DNA of 63,637 nt, the filler included, from Octopus bimaculoides (taxonomy: Eukaryota): NCBI RefSeq assembly GCF_001194135.2. It is 5 parts of 4 records of this genome, joined end to end, with 100 filler letters (N's around TTAATTAATTAA, not from the genome) between each part and the next. Parts side by side here need not be neighbours in the genome. Positions count along the whole stretch, not along the records: positions 22,909 to 42,141 come from NC_068982.1; 4 more parts are not named here. One strand, given 5' to 3'. Both the position numbers and the translations under genes were made by a program. This document shows positions 24,698 to 37,602 of this stretch, piece by piece (positions within the stretch are counted from its first letter, which is position 1; every line of letters begins with the position of its first letter). The notes below the pieces were generated by a model. The model ran no database searches. It had not been told where the DNA came from and was given only the letters and a program-made list of their open reading frames with translations.

Positions 24698-25495
24698 GTA
24701 AGCAGTTAAGTGCTGGGTTTTTAATCAGTAAATAGGTTTTGCATTGTGGTCTTGACTGAAGAAGAAAATATGTGTAGCATTTTGAATAACTTTTTGTTAA
24801 TAGGTGACTTTCTGATGAGTGGACCTAAATTTATAATCTTAATAATTATTTTAATTAACTATCCCCAACCAATACCAGTATAGAAAGTGGACATTAAAGG
24901 TGAGGATATCTTATATATTTTTGCAGTACACAATATAAACATTTCTGGGTAGTTATAAAGAATATCTATGATTATACAAACATATGCATGTCCAAACCAT
25001 AGCAACATGAAAAACGGATGTTAAATGATGATGATGATGATAACATATACAATATGTGTGTGTGTTGTCTATTTTTTTCAGTTTTTTTAAAAATCTTCCC
25101 ATATAAAGGGCTACTTTCTAACTAAGAAACAAACATCCATCATTTGGAATTTGGATAACTGCAACAGTAAAGACATTGCATATTTTCAGTTTGCTGCAGA
25201 ACACGAGTCACGTAGTCTCTTTTTTTTTGCCCCCAAACCCTCACCTTTTCAATATTATTGCTTAACAAGCATATAACCCTGACCATGCACACCAACAATG
25301 GTCGGTGTAAATGTATAATCAGGATAGAGAAGTTGTATATTATTTTTGGGAACAGTTGCCCATAAACGTTTCATTTCTCATAAATTTTGGGTGTAATGTT
25401 CTCATCTATGGGGCAGTTGTCCTCCTCCTCATCATCATCATCATCATCATCATTGTTGTCATCATCATCATCGTCATCATTGTTGTCATCATCAC

Positions 25496-25540
<45 letters not shown>

Positions 25541-26081
25541 TTAATGTCTGCTTTCCATGCTGGCAATACATAGTATTTGTTTCCTGTCTCAAACTAATAT
25601 ACTAAAGCTGGGCTATTTGGAGTTGGTACTAGTTTTGATAGTTATGTTCAACCAATATTTCTATATCGGAATATATGAATATACTCATCAGAACTGAATA
25701 TATCAAATATATATATCAGAATCAGAAATCTTTTTATATATTTATCTCACAGATGACATTTTATATTGATTTAACATAGGAAGGAGATAATAGTTTGGTG
25801 ACATTTTTAGGCAGCTGTTCTTCAGACAAATAGTGTCTTCACAGACACTTGATATCAAAATTTTCAGTGATATAATAGGTGTTTAAAGACTTCATCATCT
25901 TTTACTCAATAATAGTTTAGTAGCCAATATTCATTGATGGATTGCAAAAGTATATTCATCAAAATGTAATGTGAGATAATTGTTATAGGACTAAGTGAGA
26001 TTTCCTGACAACATCATTTCTTGTTATCCTTCTCTAATGTTGAGGAAACATACACAGAAATAACCTTTTCTGGATGCACAC

Positions 26082-26128
<47 letters not shown>

Positions 26129-26129
26129 C

Positions 26130-26305
26130 AGGTACGGATGTGTATTTATGAGCATAACTTCTTGACCATATTCATCTGAGTTCAGTTCCACTGCATGGCA
26201 TCTTGGGCAAGTGTCTTTTAGTAGAGTCCAGAGTTGACCAAAGTCTTGTGAGTAGATTTGAGTAGACAGAAATGAAAAGAAACCTGTAGGTGTGTATGTG
26301 CATGC

Positions 26306-26344
<39 letters not shown>

Positions 26345-26580
26345 CTTTTGTCTTGGCATCACATAATGGTTGTAAACAAGTATCACTGTCATGTAAAAGA
26401 TGTTGTTTGTTCCTTGTCTTCAATAGCAAGCATGTCTTGCTATGGGAAATATTACCTAACTTAGAAACAGGTGAGAATTAGTGTCAGGAAGGATATTCAG
26501 CCGTAGAAAATCTGTCTCAGAAAATTTTGTCTGACACATCCAGTCATGGAAAAGTGAATGATGACGATGATGAGGAGGAT
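26130..26580 (+). mobile_element. SINE type E: family-A-like head with a different 3' region and (GAT)n tail
   Basis: The head gagttcagttccactgcatggcatcttgggcaagtgtc matches family A. The 3' part is aggaagg..attcagccgtagaaa...catggaaaagtgaatgatgacgatgatg. Similar tail remnants occur at ~24990-25040 (+) and ~25530-25565 (-). Confidence 0.65.
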
Positions 26581-26846
26581 ATATATGCAGTCTTGCAACA
26601 CAAATTCATAAATGCACACACACACACATATATATATATATACAAGATGCATTCAAGAAGTATCTGACTATTTTGTTTCATGTTGTTTAGGAGGCTAATT
26701 GACAGAACTTGTACAACATAGGACAAAATGCTGTGCTGTATTTGTTCCAGCTTTTCTGCACTTTGAAGCCAACTTTATTTTTCATCTTTTCAAAATCAAT
26801 CAATGATTATAAATGTCAGATATTTTTTGCATTCTGGGTTCTTGGA

Positions 26847-26960
26847 TGGTAGTCTTAATCTTTCATCGAGTTTAAGATCACCAACGGATCTATGAATGCC
26901 TTTGGTAGTCTTAATCTTTCATCGAGTTTAAGATCACCAACTGATCTATGAATGCCTTTG
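26847..26960. repeat. 56-bp tandem duplication
   Basis: tggtagtcttaatctttcatcgagtttaagatcaccaac(g/t)gatctatgaatgcctt occurs twice with one mismatch. Confidence 0.95.
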
Positions 26961-27261
26961 ACAGAGTACACTCTATTATAAAGCATTCAAACCAGTTCTC
27001 CAATGTAAGACTAACTAACGTCATCCCTTCTTCTGACAAGTTTCTGTAGCCTTGAAATATAAGGGTTTCAGGTGCTACTCTTCCTTCCTTGAATAAGTAA
27101 TAAGTAAATATGGCACCCATGTGACAACAAAAATATTTGATTTATACATTACCAAAGGTTGTTGAAACATTGAAAATGATAAAACCCAGCCTGTTAGTAA
27201 AATCTTGATGCTTAAACATCCAGATTACAGATGATCCTTCTATGACTACTAGCAATGTTTC

Positions 27262-27488
27262 TTAATCCTTTAGCCATTAAACCAGCCATATCCAGTCTAA
27301 ATATTCTATCAGTTCCATGTTCAAATCAACTTGGTTTGGCCGCTTACACCTACCCTACCATATCATTCTAAAAATAACAATCACACCATTGAAATCTCAA
27401 AGCTACGAGGTAATGCATTATTAATTCAAAGCAATGTTAATAGATCAGCATTACTTTTGACAGAGTAATCTGAATGTTAAAGGGTTCA
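27262..27488. mobile_element. Small MITE with degenerate TTAA-CCCTTT-type ends (piggyBac-like)
   Basis: Left end ttaatcctttagccatt versus right end aatgttaaagggttca, which are imperfect inverted repeats. Confidence 0.45.
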
Positions 27489-27831
27489 TTTACTTGTGCT
27501 TCATTCTTTCTGATTTTTTTCTTTTTTTTTTTTTAATACATTTGGAATCACAAGAATGCAATATGAATGTTAAGAATACTATATACTAATGATTCCTATT
27601 CCTTTTACATATATGAATAATAATTCCTATTCTTTTTTACAATAAAGTTTTTTTTTTAGTTATTTAACATTATTTAACATTGCCAAATTAACTTTCAATG
27701 AAGCCAACAAATACATAGAATTGATCACATTAAATCATTTTTGTACTTATTTTTAAATTATTAATTTGGAATTAATTCTCACAAATATAGTTAATTTTTC
27801 CTTTTTTTTTCTCTTTATTTCATTAAATCAG

Positions 27832-27895
27832 GTTGCTAATTATGCTGCTAAAATTATAGCAGAGTTTAAAAGTTGTGCCATAAAAGTCTCAAAAT
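27832..27895 (+). CDS. Candidate internal/penultimate coding exon (VANYAAKIIAEFKSCAIKVSK), gene unknown
   Basis: A long pyrimidine tract precedes cattaaatcag| and the donor is a consensus |gtaagt. Only the phase-0 frame is open. Confidence 0.55.
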
Positions 27896-27956
27896 GTAAG
27901 TACATTTTCTGATATATATTGATAAATGATGTGATTACTGATTATTAATGTTTCAG

Positions 27957-27967
27957 ATCATTATTAA
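27957..27967 (+). CDS. Candidate terminal coding segment (T|AT CAT TAT TAA = YHY*)
   Basis: It follows a 61-nt GT-AG intron (27896-27956) with branch-like tactgat and tttcag. An AATAAA cluster lies at ~28092-28106. Confidence 0.35.
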
Positions 27968-28261
27968 AAATATCCAATAATTTGTCTCGTTAGTTATTAA
28001 AATCTGGAGATATGTTTATTTACGGGGAATTTTAATATATTTTGAACTATATTGCATATCCTATCTCATGTTTGTCTTGACAGCCTTAAAAAAATAAATA
28101 AATAAACCTACACCTGTAATTCATTCTGTCAACAATTAAAAGAAATTCTAGTTTTATATGAAATGTGTAGAAAGAGGTTACTTGTGATCTTGTCATATGT
28201 AATATATTTAAGATATTAAAACAGAGAATAACCAGAGAATTGTTCTATTATCAGGTAGATA

Positions 28262-28315
<54 letters not shown>

Positions 28316-30075
28316 AAGAGAGAGAGAGAGAGAGAGAGAGCAAATCAAGTCTGGCTTATCTAAAAGTTTCATCAGAAATCATCAATATCATGAACCTTAC
28401 TTAGTTCCTAATCTCTTCTAGAGATTTTCTAACTAGCTAATTTGCTTGTTGCAAGATCAGTGACTGTGTGTCACTTGTTCTCTATATATTGTGAGCTGAA
28501 GTGAACTACTGCTATCTCTAGCAGACAAGTATTCACCATCGAGGATGATCACAAAGAGGTCAAAACCATACAGTCTGGATGTCTCATGGCTAGAAGATGA
28601 TAGGAGTTCTCTCCCCTGCTTGCAATATATATTGGTTGCAGATTGCATTGAATAACCAGTTGGATGAGGTGACCTCCTGAGGTTAAAAATAGCAGTAATG
28701 TCAGTTTCTACAGAACAACCATGTTTATGTGGCAATAAACCAAAAGAAGACAAAATGAATAAAATGGAGCAAGGCTTGGAATAAAAGCATTAAGAATTAC
28801 TGAAAGGAGGAAGAAATAAATTCTGCTAGTTTTAGTTACACAAAATGCACTCAAATACTTACCGATTACATCTGGATAATCATTTTAGTTAATATTGGGT
28901 CAAATACTTTTTCTGACGATGTGTGTAGCAAAATGAGTGAAAAGTGCATCAAACGTAATCCTTATTTCGTTTACTTTAAATTGCAGATCTCTGGTGGTCA
29001 TGCCTATTTTAATGTTTCATTTTACTTATTTACTTATTTATTTATCTATTCATTTATTGTTCAGTCATGTATAAACATTGTTTACAAGAAGCATGAATTA
29101 AACATCAGTGTGTTTCTTAATTTCTGTAACTTTTACTATTCATTGGAGGGTGGTGGGGGTGCAGGATTAGGAAAACAGTGTGTGTTTTTGCGTAGCAGTT
29201 TCCGATTGGTCGAATTGTGCTCCCAAGTGATTAGTTTCAGCATTTATCTCTTATAGAGCCTTTTTTTTTTTTCTTATAAGTATTTTTTTTTTTTTGTCTG
29301 CCCATTTCTTCGTTATTGATATCTTTTCTATCTTGCATTGGTAACCAACAGAGAGTACATTTCAAAGGAATTTTCTCGGATGAAGAAGCATCTAATACAT
29401 ATCAATTTAATGAATACTGATGATGATGATGATGATGATTTGTACTATGAGCAAAAGAGAACAAATTAACATTGCAGAGGGAGAAGGAGGGAAAAAGTAG
29501 TTTATCTGCTTTTATTCTTCTTTTGAATGGCGGCTATGCTTGGGTTCCATCTGCTAGGGTTCTTTCAGTCGATTATTGGCATTTCATCGTTCTCATAAGA
29601 TACCAAATGCAAAATTGAACACTGACGTAAAGGGAGATAACTCAATCAGGCATAAATAATACTGCTGGTTATCTCTGTTAGAATGTACCAGTTTTTGTCC
29701 TACGCTGATACACACATGCAATCCATATTCCACACTAAACATGTCACCTAATCATATCAATATTTAACTACTTCCATTGTAAATTCCCTCTTTATCCTAT
29801 ATTAACATTCAAACAAAGATTATCGATATCAAGTCTGGTTTGCTGAAACTATGGGCAATTTTTCTTAAACTTACAAATATAAACTTTAGGCTAATCGTTC
29901 TGTGAGCTCTGTGAATGATATCTACATTTTAATTGTATGTAACATGTTTGTTTCAACTTACAATGGCACAATAATTGATGGCCACTTCAAATACGAACCC
30001 TATGAGTGATCCTTTACATGGACATGTAATGCAAGAATAACTGCCAAACTTACCTCAAATTAATACATTACTGTC

Positions 30076-30118
<43 letters not shown>

Positions 30119-30265
30119 CAAGACTTATTGGACAATGTAAACCTAGGTATACTATGCCAGGAAAATAGTTGTTGTGGTCATGGCTAGAATAGTTTTATTA
30201 TAGGTCAGTTGAGTAATGACAACCATGCTGAACAATTTTTAATGATAAAATATGTATATTATTCT

Positions 30266-30467
30266 CTTTACTCTTTTACTTGTTTCAGTCATTTGACTGT
30301 GGCCATGCTGGAGCACCGCCTTTAGTCGAGCAAATCGATCCCAGGACTTATTCTTTGGAAGCCTAGTACTTATTCTATCGGTCTCTTTTGCCGAACCGCT
30401 AAGTTACGCGGACATAAACACACAACCATCGGTTGTCAAGCGTTGGTGGGGAGGACAAACACAGAAA

Positions 30468-30499
<32 letters not shown>

Positions 30500-30700
30500 N
30501 NNNNNNNNNATATATATATATATATATACATATATACGACAGGCTTCTTTCAGTTTCCGTCTACCAAATCCACTCACAAGGCTTTGGTCGGCCCAAGGCT
30601 ATAGTAGTAGACACTTGCCCAAGGTGCCACGCAGTGGGACTGAACCCAGAATCATGTGGCTGGTAAGCAAGCTACTTACCATACAGCCACTCCTGCGCCC
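30266..30700 (-). mobile_element. SINE family A, full length (tRNA-like head, internal microsatellite, AAGAGTA tail)
   Basis: The minus strand starts ggcgcaggagtggctgtatggtaag...gggttcagtcccactgcgtggcaccttgggcaagtgtc (A/B boxes, then a CORE-like ccttgggcaagt). Confidence 0.92.
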
Positions 30701-31379
30701 TATGTTGTAATTGTATTGTAACCTTAGGTTGTACCAGATTAAGTAGACCCATGATCAAAGTATTTTGGTCATTATTACCCTGTCTTCTATTTTTATGTTC
30801 ATGTGACGGAGGTGGAGAGGAGGAAAAAAAATCACATTTTCAAAAACCTTTATACATAAAAAGATGCCCACCATTATTTCAAAGGTCGTGGTGAAAGAAA
30901 AATTGGGAAAATCGCTGTCAAACCTGAGCTAATTCAACTTCTGTGAGCGTCCTTATCTGAAACTCCGCCCATGTATCTAATATTACATTATCCAACTTAG
31001 CATTAAATATCAATTCTTGGGTGTAATTTAAGAGAAATTTGGCAGTTATTTCTAACAGGTCAAAGGATGACAACGTAGAGGCTTCCATACGTGTTATTGA
31101 TGATGATGTTAATGTAACCTGTGATACAGAGGTAGTTTATCGAACAAAATATTTGGTTTGCATTATTGTTCTGACCATCCATTCTTATTGTAGTAGTATG
31201 TTGCGATGTTCGTCTTGAGGATGGAAATATTTGCAGTTGAAAGAGATTTCCTGCTAAACTGAGTGTTGGCTGACAGTGTACGTCAATGAGTGTCAATCGT
31301 TTTTGTTCAAATGACACTTTTTGATCTTGTGAAATTAAAAACATCCACAGTTCCAGATAAAATTTTGAATGTACGATGT

Positions 31380-31655
31380 AGAAAGTAACATTTCTTCAAG
31401 TGACCTCCACCGAGATACGTTTCACCATGCTGTACCAGCTTTGATAGGTTCTCATTTCCATGTTGTGTATCTCTGCCAATGACATCATGGTGGTCGGATG
31501 GTCTCCGTCATCGATTTGAGCACGGAAGTCTCCAAAAATGTAACAACAGTTATGGCATGGTGTCCAGTACGATACCGGTTGCCAGCAAGAACTATTCTGC
31601 GTTGAGCAACAAAAGCAAGGACTGATGGAATGAGTCTACATATCTCCTAGTTAGT
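31380..31655 (-). mobile_element. Decayed LINE C-terminal fragment, RTE-X-like
   Basis: The minus frame reads IPSVLAFVAQRRIVLAGNRYR, then DVIGRDT..L..LVQH, resembling the post-RT region of RTE-X elements. Confidence 0.35.
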
Positions 31656-31711
31656 CTTGTGCTCGTATCATGAGATGTTTGAGGCTAGCATGAGAAACGT
31701 TGTATACATAT

Positions 31712-31782
31712 GCAGTGGGACTGAACCCAGAACCATGTGGTTGGTAACCAAGCTACTTACCACTCAGCCACTCCTGTGCCTG
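31712..31782 (-). mobile_element. SINE family A head fragment
   Basis: gcagtgggactgaacccagaaccatgtggttggtaaccaagctacttaccac..agccactcctgtgcct. Confidence 0.8.
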
Positions 31783-31821
31783 TATAATAATAATAATAAT
31801 AATAATAATGATGATAATAAT

Positions 31822-32042
31822 AATAATCCTTTCAAGCAGAAGGCTTGAAATTTTGGGTGGGGGTGGGGGGGCTAGTCGATTACATCGACTCCAGTGTTTC
31901 ACTGGTACGTAATTTATCAAACCCGAAAGGATGAAAGGCAAAGTTGACCTTGACGGAATTTGAACTCAGAACGCTGCGACGGACGAAATACCGCTTAATC
32001 ATTTCGTCCAGTGTGCTAATGATTCTGTGAACTCGCCGCCTT
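31822..32042 (-). mobile_element. SINE family B, full length
   Basis: The minus strand reads aaggcggcgagt..cagaatc...gagttcaaattccgtcaaggtc...aggattattatt. Confidence 0.9.
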
Positions 32043-32064
32043 CGTATAATAATAGTAATAATGA

Positions 32065-32124
<60 letters not shown>

Positions 32125-32129
<5 letters not shown>

Positions 32130-32385
32130 AACACTACCGATAGCGACAGATGCAGAATGTGTGGTAAGAGGGGTGAAATGGTATGGCACATCGTTAGCGA
32201 ATGCCTGAAATTGACACAACTCAAATACAAAAGACGCCATGACAATGTGGCAAGAATGATCCATTGGGAGCTCTGCGGAAATCACGGCCTATAAAGTGCA
32301 AAGACGTGGTATGAGAAAACTCCAGAAGGAATCACCGGAAATGAAATTTGCAAAATCCTGTGGGATGCAATGATCCAGTAAACAA
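32125..32385 (+). mobile_element. R4/Dong-like LINE fragment (CCHC region)
   Basis: CRMCGKRGEMVWHIVSEC..LTQLKYKRRHDNVARMIHWELC..*SAKTWYEKTPEG...KILWD. Confidence 0.85.
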
Positions 32386-32470
32386 GTGTCACCTTAGTTT
32401 GCTGGCTGCGGACAGCTGACACTTTCCATCATACCCAGCAAAATAAGCTGTGAATTTTCATATAATTAAT

Positions 32471-33023
32471 GCCCTGATGCAGTACCAGGCTCTAGCTCTC
32501 ATGACTTTTGATTTCAACTGATTGGAAGTGCTATCATGTACATGCATTGTCTTGGTATAAAAGATGGGCTACAGTAACTATTCTGCTCAATACCACAGAT
32601 TTGCTTGTCAGTCGTTTGACCTTAACCAGTTGAGCATGTCTCTTGGTAGCTGACGATATGTGCATCTCTGATCACGAGCAGAAGTAGTGGGGGAGCCTCA
32701 TAGCCATGTGTTGAAAGGAATTCTTTGGGGTTTCAATAATTAACATCTGGAAAGATGGGTGTTTCGTTCAACATCCTTAAACAACCCTTATTCAGGGATC
32801 TTTTGAACGGGATAAGCTACTCAACCTGAAGAAAATTTTAACTGGACCCCACCTGCAAGGTCATGGACTGTTTATCTTGATATGAGATCACCATGTCACG
32901 CACATATGGTTGTGATGCATGTGCCTGGTGTACCCTTATCAGACGGGCAGTCATGATGGGTATATCGAGCTTCGTATATTTTATCCCAGTGTCAATTTAA
33001 TGGCATGCACTGCTCTCTCACTC

Positions 33024-33026
<3 letters not shown>
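32471..33026 (+). mobile_element. Element C copy 4, full length, followed by (AAT)n
   Basis: Same termini as copy 1 (aatgccctgatgcagtacc ... ctctcactcaataataat). Confidence 0.9.
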
Positions 33027-33061
<35 letters not shown>

Positions 33062-33068
<7 letters not shown>

Positions 33069-33510
33069 CCTTTCTACAATAGTTACAAAACCTGAAATTT
33101 GTGGGGAGGGGGCCAGTCGATTAGATCCATCTCAGTACGCAACTGGTACTTAATTTATCGACTCTGAAAGGATGAAAGGCGAAGTCAACCGCGGCGGAAT
33201 CTGAACTGAGAACGTAAAGACAGACGAAATGCCTTGAAGCATTTTACCCGGCATGCTCACGATTCTGCCAGCTCGTCGCCTTAATTATGATAATCGTTTC
33301 AAATTTTGGCACCAGGCCAACTATTTGGGGGAGGGGTTAAGTCGATTTAACTGATACTAATACTCAACTGGTACTTATGTTATCGATCTCGAAAGGATGA
33401 AAATCAAAATCGACCCCGGTGGAATTTGAACTCAGAACGTAGAGACGGACGAAAAGCCGCTAATCATTTTGCCTGGCGTGTTAAAGACTCTGCTAGCTCG
33501 CCGCCTTCTT
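33062..33510 (-). mobile_element. Head-to-tail dimer of full-length SINE family B
   Basis: Two complete units, ~33290-33510 and ~33062-33287, each starting aaggcg.cgagct.gcaga on the minus strand. Confidence 0.9.
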
Positions 33511-33569
33511 AATGATGATGATGATGGTGTTTTTTTTTTATTGGTCGGAAGGGTTCTCAACATCAACCA

Positions 33570-34591
33570 ACTATTGCCCTTTTTGCAGAGTCCTTCCCTT
33601 CCATTGCAGACCCTCCCCCATCGACTTCGTTCTCCTTAGGAACCCCAATCATTAACCTTGCCTTTGAATCCACCCTCCAGTCGAAGATGGCTGCCCTTGA
33701 GCAATTGCTGAAAAGTATCGAAACTATCGAATCCCATCAAAGTTTTTTCATACTTAGGAATTACCTCTCGATCCCTAAGCTCATCTTACTGATTCCCATC
33801 ATGCCTCCAACGCTTCGACAACCTAATCTTTGAGAGACTCAAAAGCTTGGTCTATGTCAGACTCTCTCCAACGTCCCGCGATCAGGCTGCATTGCCCAAG
33901 CGATTTGGAAGTCTTGGTCTTCGTAAGTGTTTATCCCTCTCTCTACCCTGTTTCCTTTCCTCCATTCACGCCTGCTCTACCCTAGTGAGCAACATCCTCT
34001 CCTCTCCGACATGGACCAGTTCCAATAGGGAGTTGGATGAAGCTCTCCAACACTGGAGGGAATTGGGCCTGTCCGCTCTTGCGAATGTGGAGGACTGTGG
34101 GAGTCAGAGAGCTTGGTACAATATAATTTCGAAGGCCGCCTTCGACTCCCTCGTCGTCCAGTCGGACTAGTTTTGAAGGTGCTGCTTACTGTCTACTAGC
34201 AACAAATACTCAGAAAAGACCTGACAATCTCACTTTGTGCCCCTGGTCGCGAGGCAGATTCCTTGTCTGGGATGTCACAGTTAGCCACTCCTTTGATTCT
34301 TCTCACATCCTGGATGCTGCTGTCAGGGCGAGATCCACAACTTCTGCGGCCGAGCGGAACAAAATCCTGAAATACCGCGATCTGTCCGCCAACTACATTT
34401 TCCATCCTGTCGCGTCCGAGACGTTTGGTGGGGTCGTACCACTAACTGCAAGATTCCTGTCTTCATTGGCAATTTGCCTAGCAGAAGTAACTGGTGAGGC
34501 TCGTAAGGGTGCTTTGCTGTTCCAGCGCATCAACCTCGCCATTATCCGCAGCAACGCTGCAAGCGTGCTGGTGTGCCTCAATAAACATTAG
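33570..34591 (+). mobile_element. CRE-clade non-LTR retrotransposon 3' fragment (RT thumb region and RLE)
   Basis: QAALPKRFGSLGLR..LSLPCFLSS, then PWSRGRFLVWDVTV...AAERNKILKYRDL..YIFHPVASETFG...LFQRINLAIIRSNAASVL, which are typical CRE/Cnl1-like RLE motifs. Confidence 0.8.
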
Positions 34592-34796
34592 GGAGGTTTC
34601 CCAGCACCCCCAAATTTTCAACCCAAGGTGGTGAATTGTTTTGGNNNNNNNNNNNNNNNNNNNNNNNNNNNNNNNNNNNNNNNNNNNNNNNNNNNNNNNN
34701 NNNNNNNNNNNNNNNNNNNNNNNNNNNNNNNNNNNNNNNNNNNNNNNNNNNNNNNNNNNNNNNNNNNNNNNNNNNNNNNNNNNNNNNNNNNNNNNN

Positions 34797-35160
34797 GGAC
34801 TCGTGGTCATAAGATCGCGGTTTCGATTCCCAGACAGGGCGTTGTGTGTGTTTATTGAGCGAAAACACCTAAAGCTCCACGAGGCTCCGGCAGGGGATGG
34901 TGGTGAACCCTGCAGTACTCTTTCACCACAACTTTCTCTCACTCTTACTTCCTGTTTCTGTTGTGCTTGTAATTCAAAGGGTCAGCCTTGTCTCACTGTG
35001 TCACGCTGAATATCCCTGAGAACTACGTTAAGGGTACACGTGTCTGTGGAGTGCTCAGCCACTTGCACGCTAATTTCACGAGCAAGCTGTTCCGTTGATC
35101 GGATCAACTGGAACGCTCGACGTCGTAAGCGACGGAGTGCCAACAACAACAACAACAACC
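34797..35160 (+). mobile_element. SINE family D (tRNA-like head cut by gap, (CAA)n tail)
   Basis: ggactcgtggtcataagatcgcggtttcgattccc (B box) ... gacggagtgccaacaacaac. A homologue lies at 47670-47942 (-). Confidence 0.85.
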
Positions 35161-35836
35161 AATAGTCAACTAGTACAAAATATAAAAACCTTTAAAATAC
35201 GTCAAACCTTTTCAACAGAACATTTCCCAATTCATGTTACAAAAAAAAAACAAGTAAAATATGCCCATCAAAAACAAAAAAAGAAAATTTCCTTAAAGAT
35301 TAATGACTCAATCCCAAACACTTTCTAATATGTAAAAGAGGATAAAGCGTTAAACAAAGTCCTTTACGTTGTAAGTTAAAATGTCACTGAAGTTAATTTC
35401 ACATTCTTTTGCAATTTAATACCAGTCAAGTTCTAGGGGTCGATCTAACCGTGTATCCTCTTCCCCCAAACGTGTAGCCCTCTGCCATGTTAATTAGATT
35501 TCCTTAAACTGAATTTATTCTTTATATGAAGGATGTCGGATCCAAACATTTTTTCCATCGTACAGTTTCTGCACTACTGACACAATTGCAAGTTAAGTAT
35601 ACTTGCTTACACTATAATTTAATAGTTTCTAAGCAGGAGACACAAAAGAGGCAACTGGCGAAAAAAGAAAAACTCGAAACTTCGTCTGGTAATGGTTTCT
35701 TACACAGGCATACACATTGTCTAATACGAACAGTAGCTATGGCAATCTTGGAACGGGTTCAGGAATTCCGTGTACATAAACATTACCACCTGACACACAT
35801 TTTCTCTTTCTCTCTTTCTTTCCCTCACATGCACAC

Positions 35837-35900
<64 letters not shown>

Positions 35901-35955
35901 NNNNNNNNNNNNNNNNNNNNNNNNNNNNNNNNNNNNNNNNNNNNNNNCATACATA

Positions 35956-36019
<64 letters not shown>

Positions 36020-36329
36020 ACACGCGCGCGCGTGTGTGTGTGTGTGTGTGTGTGTTTACACGCGCGTGCGTGTATGTGAGCGTGTGTGTGTTTATTCATG
36101 TGTCTAAGTATAATCGCTCTTGGTTTTATTTTTCGAATTTCTAACCAATAGCGAGATAGCCGGTTTCTAGCCTAGAAACAAGACTTTTTCACTGGAATTT
36201 AGACTTCATCAAACAGGGTAGTCTTGTATATATACGTGTATGCCTGAATATTTATGTTTGCATAATATATATATATATATATATATATGCATGCTGTCGT
36301 GTATGCATATACACAGGTATGCACATATA

Positions 36330-37505
36330 TTTATATTCACATGGGCGTAGGCATGAATGGCTTTACATATGTGGATCCTATTGCATGCTGAACTTCATGA
36401 ATGTTTTATATATTTTGACAGTACATTTCACAGCTTGCAACTCTGATATTTTGAGTAGGCGTATTCTTTATTGTTTTGTAAGTCCCAGCTTCTAAAGATT
36501 ATTATTGAGGCAGCTGGTCGTGTAGCTAGACCGGATGAAGTAGCTGAAGATTTCCCATGAATTCGGCATAAATGCTCTTTTTCTCACTCACCTTTAACAT
36601 TATGTTGATATCTGTTGGGCAAGTTGTTTCAACTAGTGTGCATAGTTTCTTGTCTCATCCCAGATCATTATGTTTGGTCTGTTGTGCTTGAATTTTATTG
36701 AAGTCTTGAGGACATCCCACCAATATTTTTGTATAATTATGTGTATTTATATCTGCCACAATACTGTAGAGGACATATATTTATCTCCTCAAGACTACGT
36801 TTTCTACAGGTTTCATTTATAGTGTTCTAGCTGCAGCATCATATCTCATCGCGAGGTAATTCCGTGAGGACACATTTTCGCACAGCTACTTATGATATGG
36901 ATGACTTCCTCAATATCAGTTCCCCAAAGTCTGCATTGGTTGTTGCTGGTAGATGGTTTATTTGCATCCCTGTCCCTTTTATGTATCAGGTATTATGTGG
37001 CTATTTTTATCATTCAACGGGAGAGTTAATATCCCGGTTATCGATCCAAAATGACTACCCTGACTGACAATGTTGTCTTTTTGAAGGTTTCCGAGAGCAT
37101 AGGCGTGCATGACTTCTTTTGCTGGTTTGTACGCTGTTTCTGTCCTGCTGACCTGTTCTGGAGGAGTGTGCAACTTCTCTGGTTATTAGACAGATAATAC
37201 TTTACGAGAAGCTCTTTGCCAACTCTCGCGATGTTATCGGCTTCACGTGTGCAAACTTAATATAGAAGAACTTCAACATATGGTGGTTGGTAGATGTTGT
37301 CGAAGGAATATGACGTGGCATTGAAAAGTTGTCTCGATCAGTGTTAAACCTCTGCAGCCTTATTTTCGTAAATACAGTCTACATCATGTCGATATGGAAA
37401 TTCCTAGTACGGGTTAACGATTTTCGTGTTTTCACATTAATAGCCTGAATCTCATCCAGTGTCCAATCGAGTAGCCTGACTGTTGATATGAGCATTGGCA
37501 CAACA
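36330..37505 (-). mobile_element. Old R4/Dong-like LINE fragment (third subfamily): post-RT region to C-terminus
   Basis: NVFVVPMLISTVRLLDWTLDEIQAINVKTRKSLTRTRNFH..DVDCIY, then IYAEFMGNLQLLHP and a terminal CTVKIYKTFMKF; heavily mutated. Confidence 0.6.
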
Positions 37506-37571
37506 AACACATTGTGGGATATCGATTACTTGCGACCTGGTTACACACCCCTTTGTATGTATGTATGTATG

Positions 37572-37602
<31 letters not shown>

